This document shows, piece after piece, positions 1 to 8,298 of a DNA stretch of 64,000 nucleotides (positions within the stretch are counted from its first letter, which is position 1; every line of letters starts with the position of its first letter). The stretch covers positions 1 through 64,000 of the IMG/VR virus record IMGVR_UViG_3300029448_000001. One strand, given 5' to 3'. The notes under the pieces were generated by a model. The model searched no databases, was not told the DNA's origin, and worked only from the letters and a program-made list of their open reading frames with translations. Source of the stretch: a virus. The position numbers and the translations under genes are program-made.

Positions 1-380
1 AAATTTGTATAAAATTCTATAAGTCCTCTGTCTTCTGCATCTCTATTAGGGTGTCCTATAATTATGTTTTGCCACTCTTCAAAAAAATCTCTTTCAATCA
101 TATCAGAAGAACAAATAACAGAAATGTCTGTTGTTCCATATATTATTTCAGTAGGTGTTTTAAATGAAAGTCCACCAGCACCTTGATTGATAGCTGTAGC
201 AATTGTCTTTCCTGTGAAGTTAGCAGATTCGCAACGAAACGGAAATGAGTTTACAAATTCTTGGGCATCTGCTGTGTTGCTCATTTTATTTGATAGATTT
301 TGAGATATGGCAATTTTTGCTTGAAATAAATTAGGATAAACTACATCTTTTATGTTTGTTCTAAATTGTGATAAATTCAT
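1..380 (-). CDS. Baseplate-tail tube initiator / tail-tube-fold protein (gp54- or gp19-like), partial, runs off the window start
   Basis: Not in the ORF track. Manual translation from ATG at 380: MNLSQFRTNIKDVVYPNLFQAKIAIS...FPFRCESANFTGKTIAT...ERDFFEEWQNII. The PNLF, RCESANF and FFEEWQ motifs resemble gp19/gp54. ATGA overlap with the gp2 stop. Confidence 0.7.
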   Translation of the reverse strand, partial: MNLSQFRTNIKDVVYPNLFQAKIAISQNLSNKMSNTADAQEFVNSFPFRCESANFTGKTIATAINQGAGGLSFKTPTEIIYGTTDISVICSSDMIERDFFEEWQNIIIGHPNRDAEDRGLIEFYTN

Positions 381-964
381 TTTGCTTTCCTTCTGGAGTC
401 TTCCCAAACTTGTGTGATTGATTTTTTTCTGAAAGATGCTGTAGGTAGAAATAATGCTATATCCCATTGAGTGGCATATATCTCTATGAACTGCGATCTA
501 ATGTGATTAGGTAAATACATTTTTACAGTAGGTTTAAATGCTTTATATTTAGATGCACTTTTTAATATACTATAAGAAATTTGTACTCTTGTAGTATCAT
601 CATATTTTTTATTTGTAACTGTAGGATAAATTGCGTCCATTAATTTTGCACGAAGAACTGGTGGCAAATAATGAAAGTTTATTCCTAACATATGACCTTG
701 CTGAAAGTCTATAGGAAATATTAAAGGAAATGTATCGTAGTATGGTAAAGTCTTCTTTAACTTAGGGTCATACTTGAATGCGTACATGTAGCCAAATTTT
801 ATTCTATCTACTTTTTGAACAGGTCTTGTTCTTTTCAATGCTTCAGACGGAGATATTTTTCTATTATATTCAGACGCCAGATTACGATACCATGACCTTG
901 CGGCCTTAGTTCTAGCTGGCGTAATTCCTTGCCTATTGCCTTGAAGTAAAATATTATCGAACAT
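377..964 (-). CDS. gp2: DNA end protector protein (T4 gp2)
   Basis: Motifs YDPKLKKTLPYYDTFPLIFP, GINFHYLPP, FKPTVKMYL and WDIALFLPT. The likely start is ATG at 964 (MFDNILL), just downstream of a CATAAATA late promoter, rather than 997. Confidence 0.9.
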   Translation of the reverse strand: MFDNILLQGNRQGITPARTKAARSWYRNLASEYNRKISPSEALKRTRPVQKVDRIKFGYMYAFKYDPKLKKTLPYYDTFPLIFPIDFQQGHMLGINFHYLPPVLRAKLMDAIYPTVTNKKYDDTTRVQISYSILKSASKYKAFKPTVKMYLPNHIRSQFIEIYATQWDIALFLPTASFRKKSITQVWEDSRRKAK

Positions 965-969
965 AATAG

Positions 970-977
970 TATTTATG
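970..977 (-). promoter_or_regulatory. T4-type late promoter CATAAATA for gp2
   Basis: tatttatg on the + strand; ends 5 nt before the ATG at 964. Confidence 0.65.
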
Positions 978-1001
978 TTATTTTTTCGTAAGTTCAAATA
1001 T

Positions 1002-1009
1002 TATAAATA
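1002..1009 (+). promoter_or_regulatory. T4 late promoter TATAAATA
   Basis: Exact consensus, intergenic, followed by an AGGAG SD and the ORF at 1047. Confidence 0.8.
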
Positions 1010-1046
1010 AAAAGAAAAAATAAATATCTATTAAAGGAGAAATAAC

Positions 1047-1310
1047 GTGTCAACATTTAAACACATTTACAATGAAAAATTAAAGGCGATTGCTGAAGAG
1101 AAAGACGTAAAAAAGAAAAAGAAGTCTCATGACTGTGCATCTAAAGTAGAACATAAAGAGCATGGAGTTGGAACTTGTATACCAGAACAGCATACGTTAT
1201 TAGATGACGGAACAGTAACACATTATGATGTTATGTTTGAAAAAGAAATCATACAAAACGTGCCTGTTACTGAACTTAAAATTCTTGCATCAGAAATGCA
1301 TAATCATTAA
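1047..1310 (+). CDS. Hypothetical His/Cys-rich late protein
   Basis: 87 aa, GTG start, AAGGAG SD; HDC...H..H...C...H...HYDVMF...MHNH. Confidence 0.7.
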   Translation: MSTFKHIYNEKLKAIAEEKDVKKKKKSHDCASKVEHKEHGVGTCIPEQHTLLDDGTVTHYDVMFEKEIIQNVPVTELKILASEMHNH

Positions 1311-1319
1311 GGAATCACA

Positions 1320-1718
1320 ATGAATCAAAAAGACGAAAACTTATTAAAGTCAATACTTCAAGTTGTTTCAAATCAAACTTCTGAACTTGAGAAAGATGAA
1401 TTCACAATTTCTGAAGAGAAGTTAGATAAACTTTCAGAGGAAGATTTTGATAATGTTGATGAAGCAAAAAACATGGACGTCATTAGAAAAATTGTAGCCA
1501 AAAAACAGAATGCGCCTGTAAAAATGAAAGACGGCCAAATGAAAGTTGATCTATTTACTGCATCTGCGGTTGTTAAGGCTATGGACCATTATGCTAAAAG
1601 AACAGATGCGAAGGCACAGTCAATTAATAAAAAGTTAGAGAACATAATTAACACAGGTACTAAACAAGATTTTGTAAGAATTGCTAATGTAATCTTTGGT
1701 GGCATGAAAAAGAAATGA
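1320..1718 (+). CDS. Hypothetical late protein
   Basis: 132 aa, AGGA SD, acidic N-half and basic C-half. Confidence 0.7.
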   Translation: MNQKDENLLKSILQVVSNQTSELEKDEFTISEEKLDKLSEEDFDNVDEAKNMDVIRKIVAKKQNAPVKMKDGQMKVDLFTASAVVKAMDHYAKRTDAKAQSINKKLENIINTGTKQDFVRIANVIFGGMKKK

Positions 1719-2153
1719 CTACTTTAACTCTTTTTCAGTAATAATTTTAAACTCCCACAAGCGGTCTTTACAATAGTTATCGGCCGCTTTCCATTTAGCT
1801 TGATTCACACCCCATGTAGCAACTTCTCTTATGAATCTTCTAGTATGTTTCTTAATTGTTCTCTTGGGCTCTTTTGTTTGAGTAAAAGGTTTTATTTCAA
1901 TTAGATTTGTTTTTATATCTCCGTTCTTATCTCTAAACTTTATCCAAAAGTCTACAAAATATCTGTGAATACGATTATCTAAAGGTGAGCGATAAGGCAC
2001 AACAACTTCTTCTGAGTTCCATTGTAGTATTGATGAATTTGTATCACAATACACCATAAATCTTCTTTCAAGTAACGACCTATAAATTACTTTCGTAGGG
2101 TCGCCTTTATATTTTTTTACGTTGATTGGTGAATATTTACCTTTATAAGACAT
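1719..2153 (-). CDS. gp4: Head completion nuclease (T4 gp4)
   Basis: MSYKGKYSPINVKKYKGDPTKVIYRS, WNSEE, HRYFVDF, IEIKP, NQAKWKAA; divergent from the baseplate genes as in T4. Confidence 0.93.
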   Translation of the reverse strand: MSYKGKYSPINVKKYKGDPTKVIYRSLLERRFMVYCDTNSSILQWNSEEVVVPYRSPLDNRIHRYFVDFWIKFRDKNGDIKTNLIEIKPFTQTKEPKRTIKKHTRRFIREVATWGVNQAKWKAADNYCKDRLWEFKIITEKELK

Positions 2154-2202
2154 AAATAGATTTATAACAATAATAACAATAATAACAAAGAAGATATTTA
2201 TA
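2151..2202. promoter_or_regulatory. Face-to-face late promoters: CATAAATA (+, 2151-2158) and TATAAATA (-, 2195-2202)
   Basis: Each octamer overlaps the start codon of the opposite-strand gene; the spacer carries a short taacaataa tandem repeat. Confidence 0.75.
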
Positions 2203-3245
2203 TGAGTACATCACTTTTTGCACCAGATCCGAACGCAGGTACAGGCACTCACCCTAGAAGTGGGGAAGATATTCAGTTCTTAGGAAATAATCTGCAACTG
2301 GCCGCAATTCCTGTCATCACATTTTACTTTTCTACAGCAAAAGGATTTGCCGCATCAGAGTTGCCTAACTCTATTACTATGCACTTACCTGGAGCAGGAA
2401 TCTCAATTAGTTCTTTACAAAATTTTTCCACAGAAGAAAATATAGCTGGTGCTGGAATTGCAGGCACAATCACAACGCCAGACGATTTGAAATCAATAGG
2501 AGAACTTATAGGTGGTATTGGGCAAACAGTTACATCTTCTATAGTGAGAACTGTTTTAGATGCTTTAGTAGGAACAGCAGGATTTGCCACATCGGCCGGA
2601 GGTGCAGGAATATCTCAAGTTGAATTTTTATTAAGACAAACTTTCAATCAATTTCAACAATTAATATATAAAGGTCCTACTCACCGAGTATTTCAATTAC
2701 CATTTAGTATGAAACCTTCAAGCCCTCAAGAAGCTGAAGATGTTAGAGATATAGTATTAGCTTTTAGAATGGCATCTTCACCATCAATATCTGATTTTGA
2801 TATGGGTAAAGAATCAAGGCCTATGTTTGATAGAGAAGCGGATTCAGGTGAAATGCAAAGAGTTATAGATGAAGGAGGAGAACTTAGTCAACAACAGCAA
2901 CTTCAGATATCTGTAGAAAATGACCAGGGTATTGCAGATAGTGCCAGAGATTTAGGATTAATTGGTCCTGAGCCTTTTCTATTTAATTACCCAGATATGA
3001 CACAATTTGCTCTCGATCTTTATGTACCAAGTAGCGATAGGTTAATTCGTCTTTTTGAATCTGAATTTTGCGTAATGACTGCAATGAATGTAGACTACGG
3101 AGAATCTAAATTAAATTTCTTTAAAGAATCAAATGGAAAATATTATCCAACTGAAACAACTTTATCATTAAGTTTAACTGAACATATTCATTACTTTAAA
3201 GAAACTGCAATTAGAAGCCATGACAAAGGATATACAATCTTATGA
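2202..3245 (+). CDS. gp48: Baseplate tail-tube cap (gp48-like)
   Basis: QLIYKGPTHRVFQLPFSMKPSSPQEAEDVRDIV, FNYPD, CVMTAMNVDY, PTETTLSLSLTE; lies before gp53. Confidence 0.75.
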   Translation: MSTSLFAPDPNAGTGTHPRSGEDIQFLGNNLQLAAIPVITFYFSTAKGFAASELPNSITMHLPGAGISISSLQNFSTEENIAGAGIAGTITTPDDLKSIGELIGGIGQTVTSSIVRTVLDALVGTAGFATSAGGAGISQVEFLLRQTFNQFQQLIYKGPTHRVFQLPFSMKPSSPQEAEDVRDIVLAFRMASSPSISDFDMGKESRPMFDREADSGEMQRVIDEGGELSQQQQLQISVENDQGIADSARDLGLIGPEPFLFNYPDMTQFALDLYVPSSDRLIRLFESEFCVMTAMNVDYGESKLNFFKESNGKYYPTETTLSLSLTEHIHYFKETAIRSHDKGYTIL

Positions 3246-3775
3246 GTTCTTTATTTACCGACACTCAAAAATTTGCTTACAAAATCAATAATACAGATTT
3301 TTTTGAAGCAATCGACATTTCAATTAACTTTAATATTAATGATTTACTTAAACAATATCAAGGTGTAAAATATACTCCTTATGCAGTTCAAGACGGTGAA
3401 AGGCCTGATAATGTTGCCCAAAGATTTTATAATAATTCAGAATTAGATTGGATTATTCTTATGACAAATAACATTCATAACATTTATGACGAATGGCCAA
3501 GAAGTACAGACCAATTTCAAAAATATATTATACAAAAATACGGAAGCATAACAGTTTCCCAACAAAATGTTTTGTATCATTATAACGCTAAGAAACATAT
3601 AATAGATGAAGAAACTTATAACACTTTGCCTGATGAATTAAAATCGACTGAAACTCAATATGAATACGAGGCAAGAAAAAATATACAAAAAGGTATTATA
3701 AGAATACTTTCCTCTAGTGTTGCTAAAAGTATTTCGGCTTCTCTTAGAAATAGAACAAAACTTCCTGTTGTCTAA
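3242..3775 (+). CDS. gp53: Baseplate wedge protein (gp53, LysM-like)
   Basis: YAVQDGERPDNVAQRFYNNSELDWIILMTNNIHNIYDEWP is the gp53 signature. Confidence 0.9.
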   Translation: MSSLFTDTQKFAYKINNTDFFEAIDISINFNINDLLKQYQGVKYTPYAVQDGERPDNVAQRFYNNSELDWIILMTNNIHNIYDEWPRSTDQFQKYIIQKYGSITVSQQNVLYHYNAKKHIIDEETYNTLPDELKSTETQYEYEARKNIQKGIIRILSSSVAKSISASLRNRTKLPVV

Positions 3776-3777
3776 TT

Positions 3778-5262
3778 ATGGCCGATATAACAGCACTCTT
3801 TGGAAAAAATACTTCAGGTATAGATGAGGTCGTTGATGATTTAAATTTGATTCAGGATTCTCCTGTTCTACCTACTAAGAGTTATGGAGCAGATGCAAAC
3901 ATATCAAAACTTTCGATTTCTATTTTACCCATAGGTGAAGTAGATTTGAGGCCAAGTTTTCAAAAGTTAGAAGTTTATGAAAATATATTTGCATCTTCAT
4001 TACAAGGTACGATTGATTTATTAGATAGAAATGGAGGTGTGGAAAGACTTCAGTTAAAAGGAGGAGAAACAATATCACTTGTAGTAAGTTCTCCTGAAAA
4101 TGAGATTTTTATTTCTAGACAAGATTTAGTTGTTCACAAAATAGTAAAGCATGAATTAGATGTAGGAACTCTTAATGCCTCTTACACTCTCGTATTTTGT
4201 TCTAAAGCGTTAGTTAGGTCAATGAGAAAAAATATATTTAAGAGTTACAAAAAACAATCAATAATAAATGTTATAAAAGATTTGTATAGTCATATGTCTC
4301 CTTCAGATTTGGTTTATGAAGACCCTAGCTTTACTTTAGATAAACCATTTATATCTACAGGACTAAATCCTCATAAAGCCTTAGATTTTTTATGTCAAAG
4401 ATGTTGTAAAAAAAGAAAATATTTTGTTTTCTTTGAAAGACTGATACCAGTTTATGGTAAGTCTCAAAAACAATCAGATGTAATCTTTGGAACGAGTGCC
4501 ACTAAATCATTTATTGGTACGCATTATTTTGGTAGCGTTGATAAACTTATAGATGATGCAAGAAGGCATTCAACATTTGATATTTATTTTGAACAAAAAG
4601 TTGAAGCTAATTTAGAACCAAACAAAATACGAGCATCTAAATTAGTTAAATTTGATAATTTTAATCATATTGAGTCTACGGAAAACGGATTACATAGGAC
4701 CGAGTTTACTTTTGTAAATCCCTTAACACGAAAGATTGATACAGATTCAGTAGAGTATATTGATAAAGATTTTTATACAGATATTGTATCTGACGTTGAA
4801 GGAAATCAATTAATCAATAAACAGAATATTTTTAATGTAGAATTTGTCTCAAATAAAAAAACAGGATCTTCTTCTGGGAATAGAAAAGTTATAACATCAG
4901 GTGATGATATAAATGATGTTCGTTCTAGAAAAGATTGGTTAGCATTTAATATTTACGGAAGTTTGATAAGAACATTATATTCTGTCGGTGTTGAAGTTCA
5001 AGGAGGAACTAATGAAGTTTCTTTAGGACACATTGTAAATTTAGTTGTTCCCTCAGCACAAGCAAGAGCATTTGAACTAGATTCTACAGGAGCAATAAGA
5101 AGAGACCCTACAACATCAGGTAAATATGTTGTTACAGGAGTAAGACATAAAATAGAGGTTAATAAGTATGTAAAAACATTAGAACTTGGTAGAGGTTCTT
5201 CATCAGTAAATTATGATGCAAGACTTAGTAGTTTAGGTTCAGGTTTAGGTACACAATTATGA
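3778..5262 (+). CDS. Baseplate hub / tail protein (gp27-like)
   Basis: 494 aa between gp53 and gp5; VYENIFASSLQGTIDLLD, FVFFE, SGKYVVTGVRHKI. Confidence 0.65.
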   Translation: MADITALFGKNTSGIDEVVDDLNLIQDSPVLPTKSYGADANISKLSISILPIGEVDLRPSFQKLEVYENIFASSLQGTIDLLDRNGGVERLQLKGGETISLVVSSPENEIFISRQDLVVHKIVKHELDVGTLNASYTLVFCSKALVRSMRKNIFKSYKKQSIINVIKDLYSHMSPSDLVYEDPSFTLDKPFISTGLNPHKALDFLCQRCCKKRKYFVFFERLIPVYGKSQKQSDVIFGTSATKSFIGTHYFGSVDKLIDDARRHSTFDIYFEQKVEANLEPNKIRASKLVKFDNFNHIESTENGLHRTEFTFVNPLTRKIDTDSVEYIDKDFYTDIVSDVEGNQLINKQNIFNVEFVSNKKTGSSSGNRKVITSGDDINDVRSRKDWLAFNIYGSLIRTLYSVGVEVQGGTNEVSLGHIVNLVVPSAQARAFELDSTGAIRRDPTTSGKYVVTGVRHKIEVNKYVKTLELGRGSSSVNYDARLSSLGSGLGTQL

Positions 5263-5828
5263 GATATAAAAATTTTACAGGAAAAGATGGATTCGTATGG
5301 TGGTATGGTGTAGTTGAAGATGTAGATGACCCTGAGTTTTTAGGTAGATGTAAAGTTAGATGTATAGGATATCACCCATCTAAAAATAAAAATACAGTTC
5401 CTACTGAAGATTTGCCTTGGGCTTTATGTTTGCAACCTAATAATACACCGAATCTATACGCTACTTTAAGAAAAGGTGATATGGTAGTAGGGTTTTTCTT
5501 AGATTCTCATTCAGCACAAGAACCTGTCATCTTAGGTTATTTACCAGGGAAAATTGATGACGAACATGACTATGAAAACGAATTTAGTTTCGCACCGCCA
5601 TCTAGAACTTTTAGTAAAGTAAAAGATGCTTACGAGAAAAACCCAGATTCTGTAATATGGAATCATGAAGAATCAGGTTCATCATTTGAGATGCATGGAC
5701 CTACTGGAGGAAATACTATGAAACTGATGCATTCTTCAGGCTCAAGTATTATATTCAACGCTGACGGAACGATAAATATAAAAAGTTTATCAGCTAATGG
5801 AATTAGTTTAAATGGAACAACATTTTAG
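5259..5828 (+). CDS. gp5: Baseplate hub / spike protein gp5, short form with the OB-fold domain and no lysozyme
   Basis: FVWWYGVVEDVDDPEFLGRCKVRCIGYH, DLPWA, VVGFFLD..AQEPVILG; only 189 aa. Confidence 0.85.
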   Translation: MRYKNFTGKDGFVWWYGVVEDVDDPEFLGRCKVRCIGYHPSKNKNTVPTEDLPWALCLQPNNTPNLYATLRKGDMVVGFFLDSHSAQEPVILGYLPGKIDDEHDYENEFSFAPPSRTFSKVKDAYEKNPDSVIWNHEESGSSFEMHGPTGGNTMKLMHSSGSSIIFNADGTINIKSLSANGISLNGTTF

Positions 5829-5838
5829 GAGATTTTGA

Positions 5839-6015
5839 ATGACACATCATGAAAATATATTGCAATTATTTGACGTTTATATAAAAGAAAACGAAAAATT
5901 TGTAGAAAAAGGAATTAAGATTTCGGCTACCCGAGCAAGAAAGGCCCTCGCAGAATTAGTTAAAGCTAGTAAAGAAAGAAGAAAGGAAATACAAGAGTTA
6001 AAGACAAATACTTAA
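5839..6015 (+). CDS. Histone H1-like (Hc1-family) small basic DNA-binding protein
   Basis: 58 aa, below the ORF-track cutoff: MTHHENILQLFDVYIKENEKFVEKGIKISATRARKALAELVKASKERRKEIQELKTNT. AGGAG SD at 5827-5831. The KGxKxxxxRARK motif resembles Hc1-like proteins. Confidence 0.7.
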   Translation: MTHHENILQLFDVYIKENEKFVEKGIKISATRARKALAELVKASKERRKEIQELKTNT

Positions 6016-6034
6016 TTTGAACTTGTACACAACC

Positions 6035-6064
6035 ATTATACAATGCTATTTTATGAACTGTCAA
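6035..6064 (-). promoter_or_regulatory. Consensus sigma70-type promoter TTGACA-N18-TATAAT, antisense to the late genes
   Basis: tgtcaa at 6059-6064 and attata at 6035-6040 on +; both hexamers are perfect and intergenic. Confidence 0.65.
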
Positions 6065-6082
6065 GACAAAATGTAGAAAAAA

Positions 6083-6478
6083 ATGGCAAATACTTCACTT
6101 ATTTTTTATAAAGATTTACCTTTAGATTTTACGGCTCACCCTGTTACGGGTGATGTTCGCTCTATAAAAAATGAAGTTGCGATTAAAAATTCTTTAAGAA
6201 ATTTATTATCAACTAAAAAAGGCAGTAAACCATTCTTTCCTCAATACGGAACAAATTTGCAGAATCACCTTTTTAATAATATCAATGCTTTCACGAAAAG
6301 GACAATACAAAAAGAGATTCAAGATGCTGTTAGATTATTTGAACCTAGAGTTTCGGTTGAAAATGTTTCAGTTGAAGATGATAGAAATGGCTCAGGCGTT
6401 CAAGTTCAAATATTTTTTACTATTGGTAACTTAAATACGAAAGAATCTCTTACACTAACATTTACTAGGACAACATAA
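6083..6478 (+). CDS. gp25: Baseplate wedge subunit gp25
   Basis: YKDLPLDFTAHPVTGDV, AIKNSLRNLL, KPFFPQYG, FEPRV. Confidence 0.92.
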   Translation: MANTSLIFYKDLPLDFTAHPVTGDVRSIKNEVAIKNSLRNLLSTKKGSKPFFPQYGTNLQNHLFNNINAFTKRTIQKEIQDAVRLFEPRVSVENVSVEDDRNGSGVQVQIFFTIGNLNTKESLTLTFTRTT

Positions 6479-6480
6479 AA

Positions 6481-8298
6481 ATGGCAATCGACTCTAATTT
6501 AAAAGTAAATGCTTTAGATTTTACAGGCATTAAAAATAATTTAAAAACATATCTTCAGTCGCAAGACGAATTCAGAGATTATAATTTTGAAGCATCAGGT
6601 ATTTCTACATTACTTGATATTTTATCTTACAATACTTATTATAATGCTTTTTATTTAAATATGTCTTTGCAAGAAGCGTTTATAACAACAGCACAGAAAA
6701 GAAATTCTGTTGTAAAAGCGGCATCAGCTTTAAATTACACTCCGAGGTCTACGACTTCTGCAAGTATATCAGGAACGGTTGCACTTACTGTTTCAGGATC
6801 TCCTGCTACAGTTACAATACCTGCATACACAGAATTTACAGGTTCAATTGAAGGGATAGCTTATACATTTTTAAATACCTCTGCTGTAGTTGTTTCAGAA
6901 TCATCAGGAGTTTATAACTCAGCAATTACTTTAAAAGAAGGTGCATTCGTAACAAATAGATATACAGTAAATGTACTGAATACAGACCAAAGATTTTTAA
7001 TTCCTAACTTATTGGTTGATACAAGCACTCTTACTGTTCAGGTTATAAATTCATCAACAGATTCAACAACTAGAACATTTACAAGTGCAGAAAATGTTGT
7101 AACTATTGATGGCACATCACAAGTTTATTTTTTGAGAGAAGTTGAAGATGGGCAATTTGAAGTTAAGTTTGGTGATGATGTAATAGGGAAAAAATTAGAC
7201 AATGGAAATATTGTATTATTTTCATATTTAATATCTTCAGGTACAAATGGTAATGACGTAACTGCTCTAACATACTCAGGTTCAATATCAGGAGTTACTG
7301 GAGCAACATTTACAAAAACTGCACCATCATCAGGTGGTGCATCAAGACAATCAATTAGTAGTATAAAATTTTCAGCACCTAAATCTTATGAATCACAAAA
7401 TCGTGTTGTAACAATTGAAGATTATAAAGGCCTGCTACTTTCACAACCAAATATTTCAGGAGTTTCCGTTTGGGGAGGAGAAGACAATGACCCTCCATCT
7501 TATGGTAAAGTTTATATCTCAGTTATTCCAACAACAGGTACAGTATTAACTGCAACTGAAAAAAATAATTTAATTAATAGTGTAATAAAACCAAAAAGAG
7601 TTTTAACTGTTTCTACTGAAATTGTTGATCCTGATTACATCTATTTACAAATAGTGGCATCTGTAAAATATGATGCTACTCTTACTACAAAAACATCTGG
7701 AGATATACAAGCATTAGCTACAACAACAATTAAAAATTATAACACGACAGATATAAACCAATTTCTGGAATACTTTAGATACTCTAAACTATCAAGATTA
7801 ATTGATTTATCAGATGAATCAATATTAAATAATTCTTTATCTACTACAATGAGAAAAGAAGTGGCGGTTCAATTAGGAACACCAGCAAAATATGATATAA
7901 AGTTTTCAAATGCAATAGACGATACAACTGATGGTAGAATATCATCACATGCTTTTTCTACGGGGAATCAAGTTGCATCAAACTCTTTTTCGACAGGAGG
8001 ATTTTCTAATTGCTTTTTAGATGATAATAATGGAATTATAAGAATATACCGTTTAGATGGCGTAGATAAAGTTTCTGTTAATCTAAATGCAGGAACAATA
8101 AATTACAGCACAGGACTTATAACCTTAACAGACTTTAATCCTACAGCTTTTGCTGACGGAGGTTCTACATTAAAAATTACAGCGATTCCAGAAAATCAAG
8201 ATATTCTTCCGTTAAGAAATCAAGTTGTAGCAATTCAAGATGCCGATATTACAGTTAATGCGGTTAATGATAACACTATAAGTTTAGTTAATAGATAA
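6481..8298 (+). CDS. gp6: Baseplate wedge subunit gp6
   Basis: LDFTGIKNNLKTYLQSQDEFRDYNFEASG, SQNRVVTIEDY, VWGGEDNDPPSYGKVYIS. Confidence 0.93.
   Translation: MAIDSNLKVNALDFTGIKNNLKTYLQSQDEFRDYNFEASGISTLLDILSYNTYYNAFYLNMSLQEAFITTAQKRNSVVKAASALNYTPRSTTSASISGTVALTVSGSPATVTIPAYTEFTGSIEGIAYTFLNTSAVVVSESSGVYNSAITLKEGAFVTNRYTVNVLNTDQRFLIPNLLVDTSTLTVQVINSSTDSTTRTFTSAENVVTIDGTSQVYFLREVEDGQFEVKFGDDVIGKKLDNGNIVLFSYLISSGTNGNDVTALTYSGSISGVTGATFTKTAPSSGGASRQSISSIKFSAPKSYESQNRVVTIEDYKGLLLSQPNISGVSVWGGEDNDPPSYGKVYISVIPTTGTVLTATEKNNLINSVIKPKRVLTVSTEIVDPDYIYLQIVASVKYDATLTTKTSGDIQALATTTIKNYNTTDINQFLEYFRYSKLSRLIDLSDESILNNSLSTTMRKEVAVQLGTPAKYDIKFSNAIDDTTDGRISSHAFSTGNQVASNSFSTGGFSNCFLDDNNGIIRIYRLDGVDKVSVNLNAGTINYSTGLITLTDFNPTAFADGGSTLKITAIPENQDILPLRNQVVAIQDADITVNAVNDNTISLVNR

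Noticed and set aside
965-997. Upstream TTG start for gp2
   Set aside because: It lies upstream of the late promoter at 970-977; the ATG at 964 fits better.
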